This document shows positions 1-9,533 of a DNA stretch of 64,000 nt, in pieces. The translations under genes and the position numbers were made by a program. This DNA is from Candidatus Saccharimonadia bacterium. Lineage in GTDB: Bacteria > Patescibacteriota > Saccharimonadia > UBA4664 > SCTI01. The notes beneath the pieces were generated by a model that was given only the letters and a program-made list of their open reading frames with translations, had not been told where the DNA came from and searched no databases. The stretch is from NCBI GenBank assembly GCA_046597065.1, contig JBKJLI010000002.1, forward strand, positions 52,071 to 116,070, in the 5' to 3' direction. Numbering within the stretch: position 1 is the stretch's first letter; each line of letters opens with the position of its first letter.

Positions 1-341
1 CTATTTTACGTCAACATAACGTCGTCACTGCTCGAAAACAGGGTTTAAATGTTCATTATTCCCTCACCGATTCCAGAATTGCCCAGGCCTGCGAACTTAT
101 TCGAGAGTTCTTGAAGGATCAGCACCGTGAAGATACAGAAATCGCGAACATTATCGCTAAAAGCGAGATGCAACTCTACCCGGTGGTACAAGATTCGGTC
201 TGCGGCATGCGCGTCAGCGTGTCGGATGCAGCTGCTTTCACCGATGGCGAAGGGCGCACGCATTATTTTTGCGCCGATGGTTGCTTAATTAAGTTTAAAG
301 CCGATCCAGCGCAGTACGCAATGAAGGTGGCATTAACATGA
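1..341 (+). CDS. ArsR/SmtB-family metalloregulator C-terminal part fused to a TRASH/YHS-like Cys-rich metal-binding domain (5' end lies outside the window)
   Basis: Frame from position 3 is open to the window edge. ...RKQGLNVHYSLTDSRIAQACELI... resembles the ArsR wing and recognition region. The C-terminal CGMRVS...YFCADGC fits a C-x23-C-x3-C TRASH-like pattern. The stop overlaps the next start (ATGA). Confidence 0.55.
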   Translation, partial: ILRQHNVVTARKQGLNVHYSLTDSRIAQACELIREFLKDQHREDTEIANIIAKSEMQLYPVVQDSVCGMRVSVSDAAAFTDGEGRTHYFCADGCLIKFKADPAQYAMKVALT

Positions 342-2446
342 ACCATGCTACTCACGACCAACATTCCCATATTATGGACCACGAGAACCTGTCGCGGTTG
401 CAAAAGTTTAAGATGAGCATGACGATGACCATGGGGATGGATCACACTGGTTTGTCGGGTCGTCAAATGGCAAAAATGATGGAGCTTGATATTCGAGCAA
501 AGTTCTTCTTCTCACTGATAATGTCGGTGCCTATAATTGCCTACTCACCAGTAGGGGAAAAGTTACTTAATATTAGCTTGCCAACGCCAATTCCGGCACC
601 CTGGATTCTGCTGATTTTAACCACACCGGTCTTTTTTTATGGTGGTTGGATCTTCTTATACTCCTCATATTTTGCGCTTAAGCAGCGCACGCTTAATATG
701 GCAGTACTGATTGCGGTCGGCATCACAGCGGCATATGTATTTAGTTTGGTTTTAACTTTTACCGGTGCCGAGGATTCATTTTACGAAGCGGCAGCGCTAC
801 TTATTACCTTTGTACTGTTTGGCCACTGGATGGAAATGAAATCCCGACGTGGCACCACTGATGCGCTGCAAGCATTATTTGATTTAGTCCCTCCAAAAGC
901 CCGTATCTTTCGAAACGGAATCGAGGAGCTTGTTGAGACATCGGAAATCAAGGTTGGTGATATTCTTATATTAAAGCCCGGCGACAAAGTACCGGTTGAC
1001 GGCAAAGTAATTTTTGGCGAAACTGCCATCGATGAAGCTTTAGTAACAGGGGAGTCTCTACCAGTTTTAAAACAACCAGGCGATATGGTGATTGCCGGTT
1101 CAATTAATCAGTCTGGTTCGGTTAGGTTTAAAGCAACCAAGGTCGGTGGTGATACCGCGCTGGCTCAAATTGTGAAGATGGTCGAAACCGCGCAGAATTC
1201 CAAAGCACCGGGGCAACGCTTGGCCGATAAATTTGCAGGGTATCTGGTAATTTTAGCGGTTGGGTCTGGATTGCTGACTTTTATAGTCTGGTATTTCATT
1301 TTGGGTCAGCCGCTGTTATTTGCTTTAACTTTAGCCATTTCAACGGTTGTAATTGCTTGTCCGGACGCGCTTGGGCTTGCCACTCCAACTGCCGTAGCTG
1401 TTGGCACTGGCTTGGGTGCTAAGCACAATATTTTAATTAAGGATGCAGCCACCCTTGAGCAAGCATCAAAAATACAGGTGGTGGTATTAGATAAAACCGG
1501 TACATTAACCGAAGGTCGGCCAAAGGTAACCGATGTAATGGTCGTAAATGGTTTTAGTGAAGTTGATGTTTTGCAACTTACCGCCGCGGCAGAGTCAGGC
1601 TCTAACCATCCATTGAGCCAAGCAGTATTGAACGCACTTTCTGAACGCAAACTTAAGGCTACGACCAATGTCAAAAAGTTCAATTCATTAGCCGGCCATG
1701 GCGTTGAGGCCGAAGTTGGTGGTAAAAAAGTACTGGTTGGCACACTTAAGCTAATGAGTGATCGAAAAGTTGAGCTACGTGCGGTTAAGTTATCGGTTGA
1801 TAAGTTACTACTTCAGGGCAAGACCTTAATGTTAATTGCTGTTAATGGCAAGATTGCCGGAGTCATAGCCGCCCAAGACCCAATCAAACCCACCGCCAAG
1901 CCTGCAATCGTGCGCATGAAAGAGATTGGTCTCGAGGTTGCTATGATCACCGGTGACAACCAAAAAACTGCCGAAGCGATCGGAAAAACTTTGGAAATCG
2001 ATCGTGTATTCGCAGAAGTCTTACCCGCAGATAAAGCTAATTACGTTAAAAAGCTCCAGAATGAAGGTAAGTTTGTAGCCATGGTCGGCGACGGAGTTAA
2101 TGACGCCCCAGCTCTTGCTCAGGCTGATATTGGGATTGCAATTGGTGCAGGTACCGACGTAGCTATTGAAACCGCCAAGGTGGTGTTGATGAAGTCTGAC
2201 CCAGCCGATATCTTGATTGCCATTAAACTTAGCAAGGCTACAGTACGAAAGATGAAACAGAATTTGGGGTGGGCTAGTATTTACAATCTTGCCGCCATTC
2301 CAATCGCGGCCGGTGTGCTTTATCCGGCTTTCGGTATTACCTTGCGGCCAGAGATAGCAGCGTTACTAATGTCGGTTTCCTCAATCATTGTGGCAACCAA
2401 TGCAGTATTGCTAACAAGGTCAGAAAAAGATTTAGTAAGTATATAA
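338..2446 (+). CDS. Heavy-metal (copper) translocating P1B-type ATPase, CopB-like, with a His/Met-rich N-terminus and CPD in place of the CPC transmembrane motif
   Basis: DKTGTLT, GDGVNDAPAL and the TGES-like actuator VTGESLP are present. Eight predicted TM segments. IACPDALGLATP replaces CPC. N-terminus is MNHATHDQHSHIMDHE...MSMTMTMGMDH. Confidence 0.9.
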   Translation: MNHATHDQHSHIMDHENLSRLQKFKMSMTMTMGMDHTGLSGRQMAKMMELDIRAKFFFSLIMSVPIIAYSPVGEKLLNISLPTPIPAPWILLILTTPVFFYGGWIFLYSSYFALKQRTLNMAVLIAVGITAAYVFSLVLTFTGAEDSFYEAAALLITFVLFGHWMEMKSRRGTTDALQALFDLVPPKARIFRNGIEELVETSEIKVGDILILKPGDKVPVDGKVIFGETAIDEALVTGESLPVLKQPGDMVIAGSINQSGSVRFKATKVGGDTALAQIVKMVETAQNSKAPGQRLADKFAGYLVILAVGSGLLTFIVWYFILGQPLLFALTLAISTVVIACPDALGLATPTAVAVGTGLGAKHNILIKDAATLEQASKIQVVVLDKTGTLTEGRPKVTDVMVVNGFSEVDVLQLTAAAESGSNHPLSQAVLNALSERKLKATTNVKKFNSLAGHGVEAEVGGKKVLVGTLKLMSDRKVELRAVKLSVDKLLLQGKTLMLIAVNGKIAGVIAAQDPIKPTAKPAIVRMKEIGLEVAMITGDNQKTAEAIGKTLEIDRVFAEVLPADKANYVKKLQNEGKFVAMVGDGVNDAPALAQADIGIAIGAGTDVAIETAKVVLMKSDPADILIAIKLSKATVRKMKQNLGWASIYNLAAIPIAAGVLYPAFGITLRPEIAALLMSVSSIIVATNAVLLTRSEKDLVSI

Positions 2447-2457
2447 ATGAGGAGGAA

Positions 2458-2901
2458 TTGAAAATGCAAAAAGAGTCACTACTTTATGGGATTATTGGCT
2501 TACTGGGTGGCAGCTTGTTTACTGTCGCTGTGGCGTCTTCAGCCGTTAATACTAATAACTCTGGCGTTATGCGAATGATGGGTATCCACACAAACAGCAA
2601 TACCAGCAACATGATGTCCGATGAATCAATGGGCATGGATAAAATGACCGAAAATTTAAAGGGCAAGAAGGGCGATGAGTTTGACAGGTTATTTATCTCC
2701 GAGATGATTATTCATCATCAAGGCGCTATAGATATGGCCAATATTGCCAAGCAGAACGCTAAGCATAATGAAATTAATAAACTAGCAAATGACATTGTAG
2801 CTGCTCAGACTAAAGAGATTAACGTGATGGAGCAGTGGCAAAGAGATTGGGGTTACCCAGCCAAGGATAGCTCTATGAATGGGATGCACTCGGGGTATTA
2901 A
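2458..2901 (+). CDS. DUF305 family protein (copper-resistance associated), signal/TM anchored
   Basis: Strong SD (AGGAGG) upstream. N-terminal hydrophobic segment. HHQGAIDMA motif typical of DUF305. Confidence 0.75.
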   Translation: MKMQKESLLYGIIGLLGGSLFTVAVASSAVNTNNSGVMRMMGIHTNSNTSNMMSDESMGMDKMTENLKGKKGDEFDRLFISEMIIHHQGAIDMANIAKQNAKHNEINKLANDIVAAQTKEINVMEQWQRDWGYPAKDSSMNGMHSGY

Positions 2902-2927
2902 GGAGGCGAAATAGGAGATTTACGAAT

Positions 2928-3089
2928 ATGCATACTCACTTGATTTGGATGATAGGCGGCTTCATCGCACTACTCATAGTTAGTAAATTCGTAGGAGTTA
3001 GTTTTTTCCTATTACTTCTTTTCTTCTGTATTTTTATGATGGGGGTTATGATTCTAGGGATGGGTGGTGGACCAGAAAGAAAGGGCTAA
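2928..3089 (+). CDS. Small hydrophobic membrane protein (53 aa, MHTH... C..MMG..GMGGG), not in the ORF track; DUF2933-like
   Basis: ATG preceded by AGGAG. Translation MHTHLIWMIGGFIALLIVSKFVGVSFFLLLLFFCIFMMGVMILGMGGGPERKG. Sits inside the copper cluster. Confidence 0.4.
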   Translation: MHTHLIWMIGGFIALLIVSKFVGVSFFLLLLFFCIFMMGVMILGMGGGPERKG

Positions 3090-3164
3090 TTATGTATAAA
3101 AAGTTATCTAGTGAGCTTTGGATCGAGGTAGATAGGATTAGTAAACTTTTGAAAGGATAACAAC

Positions 3165-3767
3165 ATGAAAGATAAAGCCTTTATCGGGGCAGCTCTCATC
3201 ACAACAGGACTTGTTGCAGCAATGATTGGGGTTTTTGTTTTTGGAAATGGGTCAGCACCATCTGCCAAGAATATTGATAGTGGTAAGCTAACTGGCTTGC
3301 AAGAAACCAACCCACCCTGGAAGCCAGAATCAGACAGTTTATCGCAGCGACTTTCACAGTTGGGTCTGCCAGCCGTTGGGAATGAGTCGTACCACCAGCA
3401 TGCTATTCTACAGATTTTTATAAACGGCCAGCCGGTGGAGGTGCCAAATGGCATAGGTCAGTATGGAGGTGGGATGTCATCACTTCACACTCACGATGCA
3501 TTGGGGGTGGTGCACATTGAGGCCGGGCAGGCGTATCCGTTCACGCTAGGGCAGTTCTTTAGTGTTTGGGGGGTAAAGTTTACAGATAACCAATTAGGTG
3601 CGTACAGGAATGATAACGATAAAACGGTGCAAGTATATGTGAACGGTGAAAAGGTCGCGGATCCAGTAAATTATCAAGTTAAGCAAAAGGATAAGATTGT
3701 CGTAGGCTATGGCACCAAAGCCCAAGTGCCGCCAATTAGTAGTGCGGAGTTCCCTAAAGACCTTTAA
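3165..3767 (+). CDS. Hypothetical secreted or membrane-anchored protein with His-rich motifs (YHQHA, HTHD); possible metal binding
   Basis: N-terminal TM/signal (FIGAALITTGLVAAMIGVFVF). SD GAAAGGA upstream. No family recognised. Confidence 0.55.
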   Translation: MKDKAFIGAALITTGLVAAMIGVFVFGNGSAPSAKNIDSGKLTGLQETNPPWKPESDSLSQRLSQLGLPAVGNESYHQHAILQIFINGQPVEVPNGIGQYGGGMSSLHTHDALGVVHIEAGQAYPFTLGQFFSVWGVKFTDNQLGAYRNDNDKTVQVYVNGEKVADPVNYQVKQKDKIVVGYGTKAQVPPISSAEFPKDL

Positions 3768-3790
3768 CAATTGAGCTATTAAGGAAAACA

Positions 3791-3865
3791 TGGTGATCCC
3801 AGGGGGATTCGAACCCCCGTTGCCAGGATGAAAACCTGGTGTCCTAACCCCTAGACGATGGGACC
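3791..3865 (-). tRNA. tRNA-Glu (anticodon UUC)
   Basis: Reverse complement GGTCCCATCGTCTAGGGGTTAGGACACCAGGTTTTCATCCTGG...GGTTCGAATCCCCCTGGGATCACCA shows a cloverleaf with anticodon loop TTTTCAT. Confidence 0.9.
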
Positions 3866-3997
3866 ATATAGGTAACGGTAACCGAGGTATTGTAGCTTAG
3901 CTGGTGGTCATTTTCAACCTGTAAGAGGCTTTTTTACTGGTTAAGCTTCCTGTACACTTAAACTTAATCAAATACCAAAAAAACGCCAAGGAGGTTT

Positions 3998-5407
3998 ATG
4001 GCACTGGCGCCCAACTTAAAACGTACCAAAATTTTGGCCACTATTGGCCCGGCTTCGAGTGATCACGAGGTCTTAGAGGCGTTAATAAGGGCAGGTGTCA
4101 ACGGTTTGCGACTAAATATGGCTCATGGGACACATGAATCCCATGCTGATGTAATTAAGCGGGTGCGAAAAATCTCGGAGGAACTGGGAAAGCCAGTTTC
4201 GGTTGTTGTCGACATTCAAGGCCCCAAAATCCGATTGGGCGAGCTTCCAAAAGACGGGCTGGTAATGACGGCTGGTAGTGAGGTTAGTTTAGCTTTAGGT
4301 GATAGCTATTCAGCCGGGGGGCACTTACCGGTTCAGCACGATATTACCAAGTATTTGCGCGTCAGCCATCCTATTTATTTGCGCGATGGCATGGTAAAGC
4401 TAGAAGTTATTAGTGTGGGCCGGGGTGTGGCTAAATGTAAGGTGCTTAATAATGGTGTGGTGTTTAGCCGGCAAGGGATTAATCTACCAGATACAGATTT
4501 GGGTGGTGACATTATCACCGATAAAGATGCTTCTGACATTGAGTTTGCGGCTAAGCACGACGCCGACTATGTAGCTTTAAGTTTTGTGCAAACGGGTAAG
4601 GATGTCGAAGGTTTAAAGCTAAGGCTAAAGCAACTGGGTGCCAACTGCGGCGTAATTGCGAAGGTAGAAACCAAGGCAGCGGTTGCCAATTTAATGGACA
4701 TCATTGTGGCGGCCGATGGTGTTATGGTGGCTCGCGGCGATTTGGCAACCGAAACCGAGCCGGAATCGGTGCCAATTATTCAGCAGCGCATTATTGAGCA
4801 CGCCAAAACCCATCAAAAGGTCTGCATTGTAGCCACTCAGATGCTAGAAAGCATGATTGATTCGCCGCAGCCAACACGCGCAGAAGTTAGCGATGTGTCT
4901 ACCGCGGTGATGCAGGGGGCCGATGCGGTGATGCTTTCGGGTGAGTCGGCGGTGGGTAAGTATCCGGTAGAAACGGTGCAGATGATGCGGCGGGTAATTG
5001 TTTATACCGAGCGAAATCGAGCCGAAAGTTTAACGGCGGCCGAGTTTGGTAGTCGTGGTCAGCGTAACGCCGTAAGTGCTGCAGCAATTGCGATGGCCGA
5101 CCAAATTGGGGCCAAGGTTATTTTGGCCGAAACATCTTCTGGCCAAACCGCACGCAACTTAAGTTCGTTTCGACCAGATGCCCTGGTAGTTGCAGTAACG
5201 CATCAGCGGCGGGTTTACCAACAAATGGGACTGGTATGGGGCACCCGTTCATATTTAATAAACGACCCCGAACAGGCGGCCGAAGAGACCATGCGGATGT
5301 TGCGTCAGGAGCACAACATAAAGGTTGGTGATGTAATTATTCGAGCCTGGGGCCGGCAACCCGGCGTGACCGGCGGCACCGATACCTTACAAATTCGGGT
5401 AGTTTAA
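3998..5407 (+). CDS. pyk: Pyruvate kinase
   Basis: 469 aa; MVARGDLA and other PK motifs; SD AAGGAGG upstream. Confidence 0.95.
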   Translation: MALAPNLKRTKILATIGPASSDHEVLEALIRAGVNGLRLNMAHGTHESHADVIKRVRKISEELGKPVSVVVDIQGPKIRLGELPKDGLVMTAGSEVSLALGDSYSAGGHLPVQHDITKYLRVSHPIYLRDGMVKLEVISVGRGVAKCKVLNNGVVFSRQGINLPDTDLGGDIITDKDASDIEFAAKHDADYVALSFVQTGKDVEGLKLRLKQLGANCGVIAKVETKAAVANLMDIIVAADGVMVARGDLATETEPESVPIIQQRIIEHAKTHQKVCIVATQMLESMIDSPQPTRAEVSDVSTAVMQGADAVMLSGESAVGKYPVETVQMMRRVIVYTERNRAESLTAAEFGSRGQRNAVSAAAIAMADQIGAKVILAETSSGQTARNLSSFRPDALVVAVTHQRRVYQQMGLVWGTRSYLINDPEQAAEETMRMLRQEHNIKVGDVIIRAWGRQPGVTGGTDTLQIRVV

Positions 5408-5449
5408 GTTTATGGTTGGCGAGCATAACCGTTTTGCTACAATAGCTAT

Positions 5450-6625
5450 ATGAAGCTAAAAACTATTCGCGATATCAACGTCCGGAACAAACAGGTTTTA
5501 GTGGGCGTCGACTACAACGTACCGATTGCCGATGGCATTGTTGGTGATCCGCTGCGTATTGAAGCCTCGTTTGAGACCATCCATTATTTACTAGATCACG
5601 GTTGCAGCCTAGTGTTAATGAGTCATTTGGGTCGGCCTAAGGGCAAGGTGGTGCCAGAAATGAGCCTGGCGCAAGTGGCAAAAAAGGCTAGTGAGATGTT
5701 GGGGCGAAGAATAACATTTGTGCCCGACTGCGTTGGGCCCCAAGCCCAGGCGGCGGCTAAAGATTTGCAGCCCGGTGAGATTTTGCTGCTAGAAAATCTA
5801 CGTTTTCACGCCGAAGAAGAGACCAATGACTCCGCTTTTGCCAAGCAGTTGGCCGATTTGGCCGAGGTTTTTATTGATGACGCCTTTGCCAACATTCACC
5901 GTAAACATGCCTCTGTGGTGGCTATTACAGAGTATTTACCAAGTGCGGCTGGTTTCTTGGTAGAAAAAGAGGTTAAGCATATTACTGGAGTGTTCGATCA
6001 TCCTGCTAAGCCGTTGGTTGCGATAGTTGCCGGAGCAAAGGTTTCTACCAAAATTGCCGTACTTGATAACTTAATGAAGTATGTCGATCGTTTAGTGATT
6101 GGCGGGGCTATGGCTAACACATTCATGGCAGCCCTTGGTAAAGAGGTCGGTAAAAGCTTGCATGAGCCGGATTGTTATGACGCCGCAAAGCGCGTAATTG
6201 CAGATGCGGCCAAGGCCAAAGTAGAGTTGTTATTACCAGAGGACTTAATTGTGGCTGACTCGCTAGAGCACGGTCCTGGCCACCGCGTTAAAATCGATGA
6301 GGTTGGCAAAAAGGACTACATTGTTGATTTAGGATCACACACCATCTCTAAAATTTTAAACCCCCTCGATTTCCACGGCACGGTTATTTGGAACGGCCCC
6401 TTGGGTATCACCGAAGTACCAGAGTTTGCGCACAACTCACGTCTGCTGGCCGATAACATTATTGAATCCGGCGCTCACTGCATTATTGGCGGTGGTGACA
6501 CAGCGGCTTTTATTGATGAGGCTGGATTGCACGATAAGTTCACCTGGGTTTCTACCGGCGGCGGTGCCAGCTTAGAGTTGATGGCTGGCAACAAGTTACC
6601 AGGTCTGGTTGCCCTCGAGCATTAA
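5450..6625 (+). CDS. pgk: Phosphoglycerate kinase
   Basis: 391 aa; PGK N- and C-domain motifs (LMSHLGRP, GGGDTAA). An extended -10 TGCTACAAT lies 7 nt before the ATG. Confidence 0.95.
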   Translation: MKLKTIRDINVRNKQVLVGVDYNVPIADGIVGDPLRIEASFETIHYLLDHGCSLVLMSHLGRPKGKVVPEMSLAQVAKKASEMLGRRITFVPDCVGPQAQAAAKDLQPGEILLLENLRFHAEEETNDSAFAKQLADLAEVFIDDAFANIHRKHASVVAITEYLPSAAGFLVEKEVKHITGVFDHPAKPLVAIVAGAKVSTKIAVLDNLMKYVDRLVIGGAMANTFMAALGKEVGKSLHEPDCYDAAKRVIADAAKAKVELLLPEDLIVADSLEHGPGHRVKIDEVGKKDYIVDLGSHTISKILNPLDFHGTVIWNGPLGITEVPEFAHNSRLLADNIIESGAHCIIGGGDTAAFIDEAGLHDKFTWVSTGGGASLELMAGNKLPGLVALEH

Positions 6626-6649
6626 GCATAACCGTGATATTATAGGCCC

Positions 6650-7429
6650 ATGAAGCACTTCACTATAGTGGGCAACTGGAAGATGCACCAAGCGCCGGAT
6701 CAGGCGGCCAAGTTGGTCCAGAATCTACAAAAAAAGATCAAACCAAGCACCCATGTAACCACGGTGGTGTGTCCGCCGTATATCGACATCCCTGCGGTGT
6801 TCGATAAGGTGGAGCCTGACACACTCAAAATTGGCGCTCAAAATATTCACGAGCAAGATGAGGGTAATTATACTGGTGAGATTTCGGGGCCAATGCTTAA
6901 AGGCCTGGCCGATTATGTGATAGTCGGTCATTCCGAACGTAGACGTGATGAGGCCGAAACCGATCTTAAGATTGCCGCAAAGCTAGCGGCGGCTGTACGT
7001 AATAATTTGACTCCAGTTCTGTGCGTAGGCGAGCGCTTAAATGATCGAGAAGACGGACATTCAAGTCGGGTAGTGGCAGATCAGCTTAGGGTTTGCTTAA
7101 GTGAGCTAACCGCCACCGAGGCTCGCAAAATCATCATCACATATGAGCCGGTATGGGCAATTAGCGATGGCGATGGTAAGGGCCATTTTGCGACGCCGGA
7201 TAAAGTTAAGCCAATGTTGAAAGTAATCCGAGAAACGGTCGAAGAGCTATTTAGCGAGGCTACAAGTTCGGAAATTGAGTTGCTTTACGGCGGAAGCGCA
7301 AATCCTGACAATGCGGCGGCTTTTTTAAAAATGGAGCACATTAACGGCTTACTGGTTGGCGGGGCTAGCTTGAACTATGAGAGCTTTGCCAAAATTGTGA
7401 ACATCGCTGAAAAATTGACTAAAGAGTAA
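6650..7429 (+). CDS. tpiA: Triosephosphate isomerase
   Basis: 259 aa; GNWKMH, AYEPVWAIS-like and LYGGS motifs. Confidence 0.95.
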   Translation: MKHFTIVGNWKMHQAPDQAAKLVQNLQKKIKPSTHVTTVVCPPYIDIPAVFDKVEPDTLKIGAQNIHEQDEGNYTGEISGPMLKGLADYVIVGHSERRRDEAETDLKIAAKLAAAVRNNLTPVLCVGERLNDREDGHSSRVVADQLRVCLSELTATEARKIIITYEPVWAISDGDGKGHFATPDKVKPMLKVIRETVEELFSEATSSEIELLYGGSANPDNAAAFLKMEHINGLLVGGASLNYESFAKIVNIAEKLTKE

Positions 7430-7441
7430 CCCTGAATTAGC

Positions 7442-7475
7442 GAGACCCCGCAGGACATGGGGCCTCGCGGGGTCT
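7442..7475. terminator. GC-rich imperfect palindrome between convergent tpiA and the minus-strand cassette (bidirectional terminator candidate)
   Basis: GAGACCCCGCAGG-ACATGG-GGCCTCGCGGGGTCT. A similar hairpin sits at 8771-8801. Confidence 0.45.
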
Positions 7476-7504
7476 ATTCAATGGGTTTAACCCATCTAAT
7501 CACC

Positions 7505-8710
7505 TCACTTTCGTTTTCTCAGGCGATCTTCAAGGTCGCTAATTGTGAGTCGTTGTTGCTCACTCCTGGTTTGGAGTGCGCTTAGACGCGCATCCTGGAT
7601 CCCAGAGTCTGCCTGGTGTCGAGCGCAGGCCGCATCTAGTTCGCCAACTCGCTTCTTAACGCGTCGCAGCTCATCGACTTTGAGCCTCAACTGACCCCTG
7701 AGCTCTTCAACCGTCTCTTCGGAACCGCCGCGAATGGCCCCGAGTTTTACTTCCAACCTGTCGACCTCGCCTTGAAGTCGATTCTTGGTTCGAGTATGTG
7801 CCTGCCGTTCTGTTTCGAGTGATGTTGCGAGCTCTGTAAGCCGCAACTTTTGGCTGGCAGCTTCGGCGCTATCTCCAACTGTTGCGCTAGCTTTAGCTTG
7901 TCTTAGCTCGCGTTCAAGGTCCAAAATACGACGTTCCAGAAGGGCGTTTTGCTCTTGGATCTCTCGATGATCATCAAAGCTCACCACCCGCCGGCTCTTG
8001 AGACCGACGATCTCACGGTCCTTCTCATCGAGCAGAGCCGTTAAGCGAGTGACTTCATCGTTTTGGTCTTTGGGGGTAGGTACTTCTTCGAGCTCATCAA
8101 GTAGCTCACGGATCTCGGCCAGTTTTGCTTCACAACTATATACAAGGCCTTCTAGATGTTCGTCGACTTCACGTTTAGTGAGTTCGATTCGCCCAAGCTC
8201 ACTTTTGATGGCGGCAAGAAGCTCAACATCGGGTGCCGACTTCAGTACTTCTAGCTGGGCTTCAAGCTCAAGCTGTTGAATCAGAATTTCCTTCAGCGTT
8301 TGCTTGGCCGCTTCGACTTCTGTTGCTAGTTTGAGAATCGATGCCTCAATGGCCGCGACTGAACGTGGTGAGTTAATTGTTGCCGCGGTTATATCGCTGC
8401 GGTCGGCCACGAGTACGGGTATTGTGGCGGATCCTTGCGCATGAAGGAATTGTAGACCAGAGTCTGTGAGCTTGATCCAATATGTGCGCTTGCCGATGAC
8501 TTTGCGCTCGAAGTGACCGTGTTTATGGTTGTGAACTAACAGTTGCCTTAAAGCAGAAGAAGGTGTGCCCATTAGTTCTGCCAGCTTTCGCGTGACACCC
8601 CCACTAGGATCGCTAAACTGATAGTTTGGCTGGCTATAAAGCACAGCCAGCATCTTTAGATACTGCGGGCTGCTGCGCATTACAACCTCCTGGGTTGAAA
8701 GTAGGTACAT
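7505..8710 (-). CDS. Hypothetical protein with an N-terminal winged-HTH-like domain and a ~300 aa coiled coil (KfrA-like architecture); high GC. The real start is probably the internal Met (MRSSPQY..., about 8678-8680), which has an AGGAGG SD
   Basis: ORF-track protein. N-terminal ~95 aa is globular (YWIKLTDSG); the rest is heptad-rich in E/L/R/K/Q. AGGAGGttgtaATG precedes the internal Met. Local GC is clearly above the flanks. Confidence 0.6.
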   Translation of the reverse strand: MYLLSTQEVVMRSSPQYLKMLAVLYSQPNYQFSDPSGGVTRKLAELMGTPSSALRQLLVHNHKHGHFERKVIGKRTYWIKLTDSGLQFLHAQGSATIPVLVADRSDITAATINSPRSVAAIEASILKLATEVEAAKQTLKEILIQQLELEAQLEVLKSAPDVELLAAIKSELGRIELTKREVDEHLEGLVYSCEAKLAEIRELLDELEEVPTPKDQNDEVTRLTALLDEKDREIVGLKSRRVVSFDDHREIQEQNALLERRILDLERELRQAKASATVGDSAEAASQKLRLTELATSLETERQAHTRTKNRLQGEVDRLEVKLGAIRGGSEETVEELRGQLRLKVDELRRVKKRVGELDAACARHQADSGIQDARLSALQTRSEQQRLTISDLEDRLRKRK

Positions 8711-8770
8711 CTTTACAAAGAATTAACTCATTGTTATGCCAGAAGCCAAATCTGTCAATCAGGTATATAG

Positions 8771-8801
8771 CATAAGACCCCACATGGCGCGGGGCCTTAT
8801 G
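8771..8801. terminator. GC-rich hairpin between the two genes of the high-GC cassette (attenuator or terminator candidate)
   Basis: CATAAGACCCC-acatggcgc-GGGGCCTTATG. Related in sequence to the hairpin at 7442-7475. Confidence 0.4.
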
Positions 8802-8804
8802 GGG

Positions 8805-9533
8805 TCAGTTGGTGAGGTTCAGCAAGGTGCGGATCGGCTGAATCTCGGGGAAGTTGCGCTGTTCGAAGTCGCAAGGGTTGGTAATGATCTTGCCGAACTG
8901 GCGAACGAAGCGGGTTATGTCGTGTGCTCCGAGGAGCTGCGACGGTCCCAGCGGCTCAAAGAACTTCCAGCGGGTAGGGTTAGGCAGCCCAGCACGGCGC
9001 AGCAGCTGGTTGAGCTGCTTGTGGCTCCCTTCGCTAATCGAGTGGTAGAGCTCTTCGGCCAATTTGTCGAGGAGCACCTGCATTCTCTGCTCGTAATCAC
9101 TGGGCCCGCGGCGCATTCTCTGCACCGCGTCGTCGTGATCCTGCCAGCGGAACTCATCGCGCCAGGTGGGGATCATGGCTGCAGACCGGCGGCCAGCATC
9201 GGTTGCCGGCAGCTTTGCCTTCAGCTGCCCAACCTTACGCTGTGGCGACGCCTCCTTAGAGTGGTGCAGCGACCAGCGGTCGATGGGGTTGGAGTTGATG
9301 CTGCTGATGTTGCCTCGGATGTACCTACGATCACGAGGCACTTCGAGCAAGCTAGAGTTGTCGTAGAACGTCTCGCTATCCTTCAGCACCTTACGCAGCT
9401 GGTTCTTGATGCGCTTGCGATGAGAGCGATTGCAGCTCTTCTTGGCCTCGGGATAGAAGCGGGTCTTCGTCTTGGTGTTGCACGCCAAGTGACGTACCTT
9501 ATCCTCGCCGTAGAGCAAGGTAACTCCTTTCAT
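8805..9533 (-). CDS. Hypothetical basic protein (242 aa), first gene of the high-GC minus-strand cassette
   Basis: Protein-like composition, against an Ala/Leu/Arg-rich antisense ORF on +. Preceded by a 3-codon uORF with a strong SD (GGAGGTGActtcATGAGTTCATAAactcATG). Confidence 0.55.
   Translation of the reverse strand: MKGVTLLYGEDKVRHLACNTKTKTRFYPEAKKSCNRSHRKRIKNQLRKVLKDSETFYDNSSLLEVPRDRRYIRGNISSINSNPIDRWSLHHSKEASPQRKVGQLKAKLPATDAGRRSAAMIPTWRDEFRWQDHDDAVQRMRRGPSDYEQRMQVLLDKLAEELYHSISEGSHKQLNQLLRRAGLPNPTRWKFFEPLGPSQLLGAHDITRFVRQFGKIITNPCDFEQRNFPEIQPIRTLLNLTN

Noticed and set aside
1306-1743. Numerous 60-180 aa antisense ORFs inside the large genes (for example 1306-1743, 26341-26832, 30354-30890, 46712-47137, 60200-60760)
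   Set aside because: They lie wholly within well-supported conserved genes on the opposite strand, lack start signals, and have biased, repetitive compositions.
3866-3930. tRNA-like fragment (GTAGCTTAGCTGGTGG...) downstream of tRNA-Glu
   Set aside because: Only a D-arm-like stretch. No T-arm (GGTTCGAAT) or acceptor pairing could be found. Probably chance, or a decayed remnant that cannot be supported as a feature.
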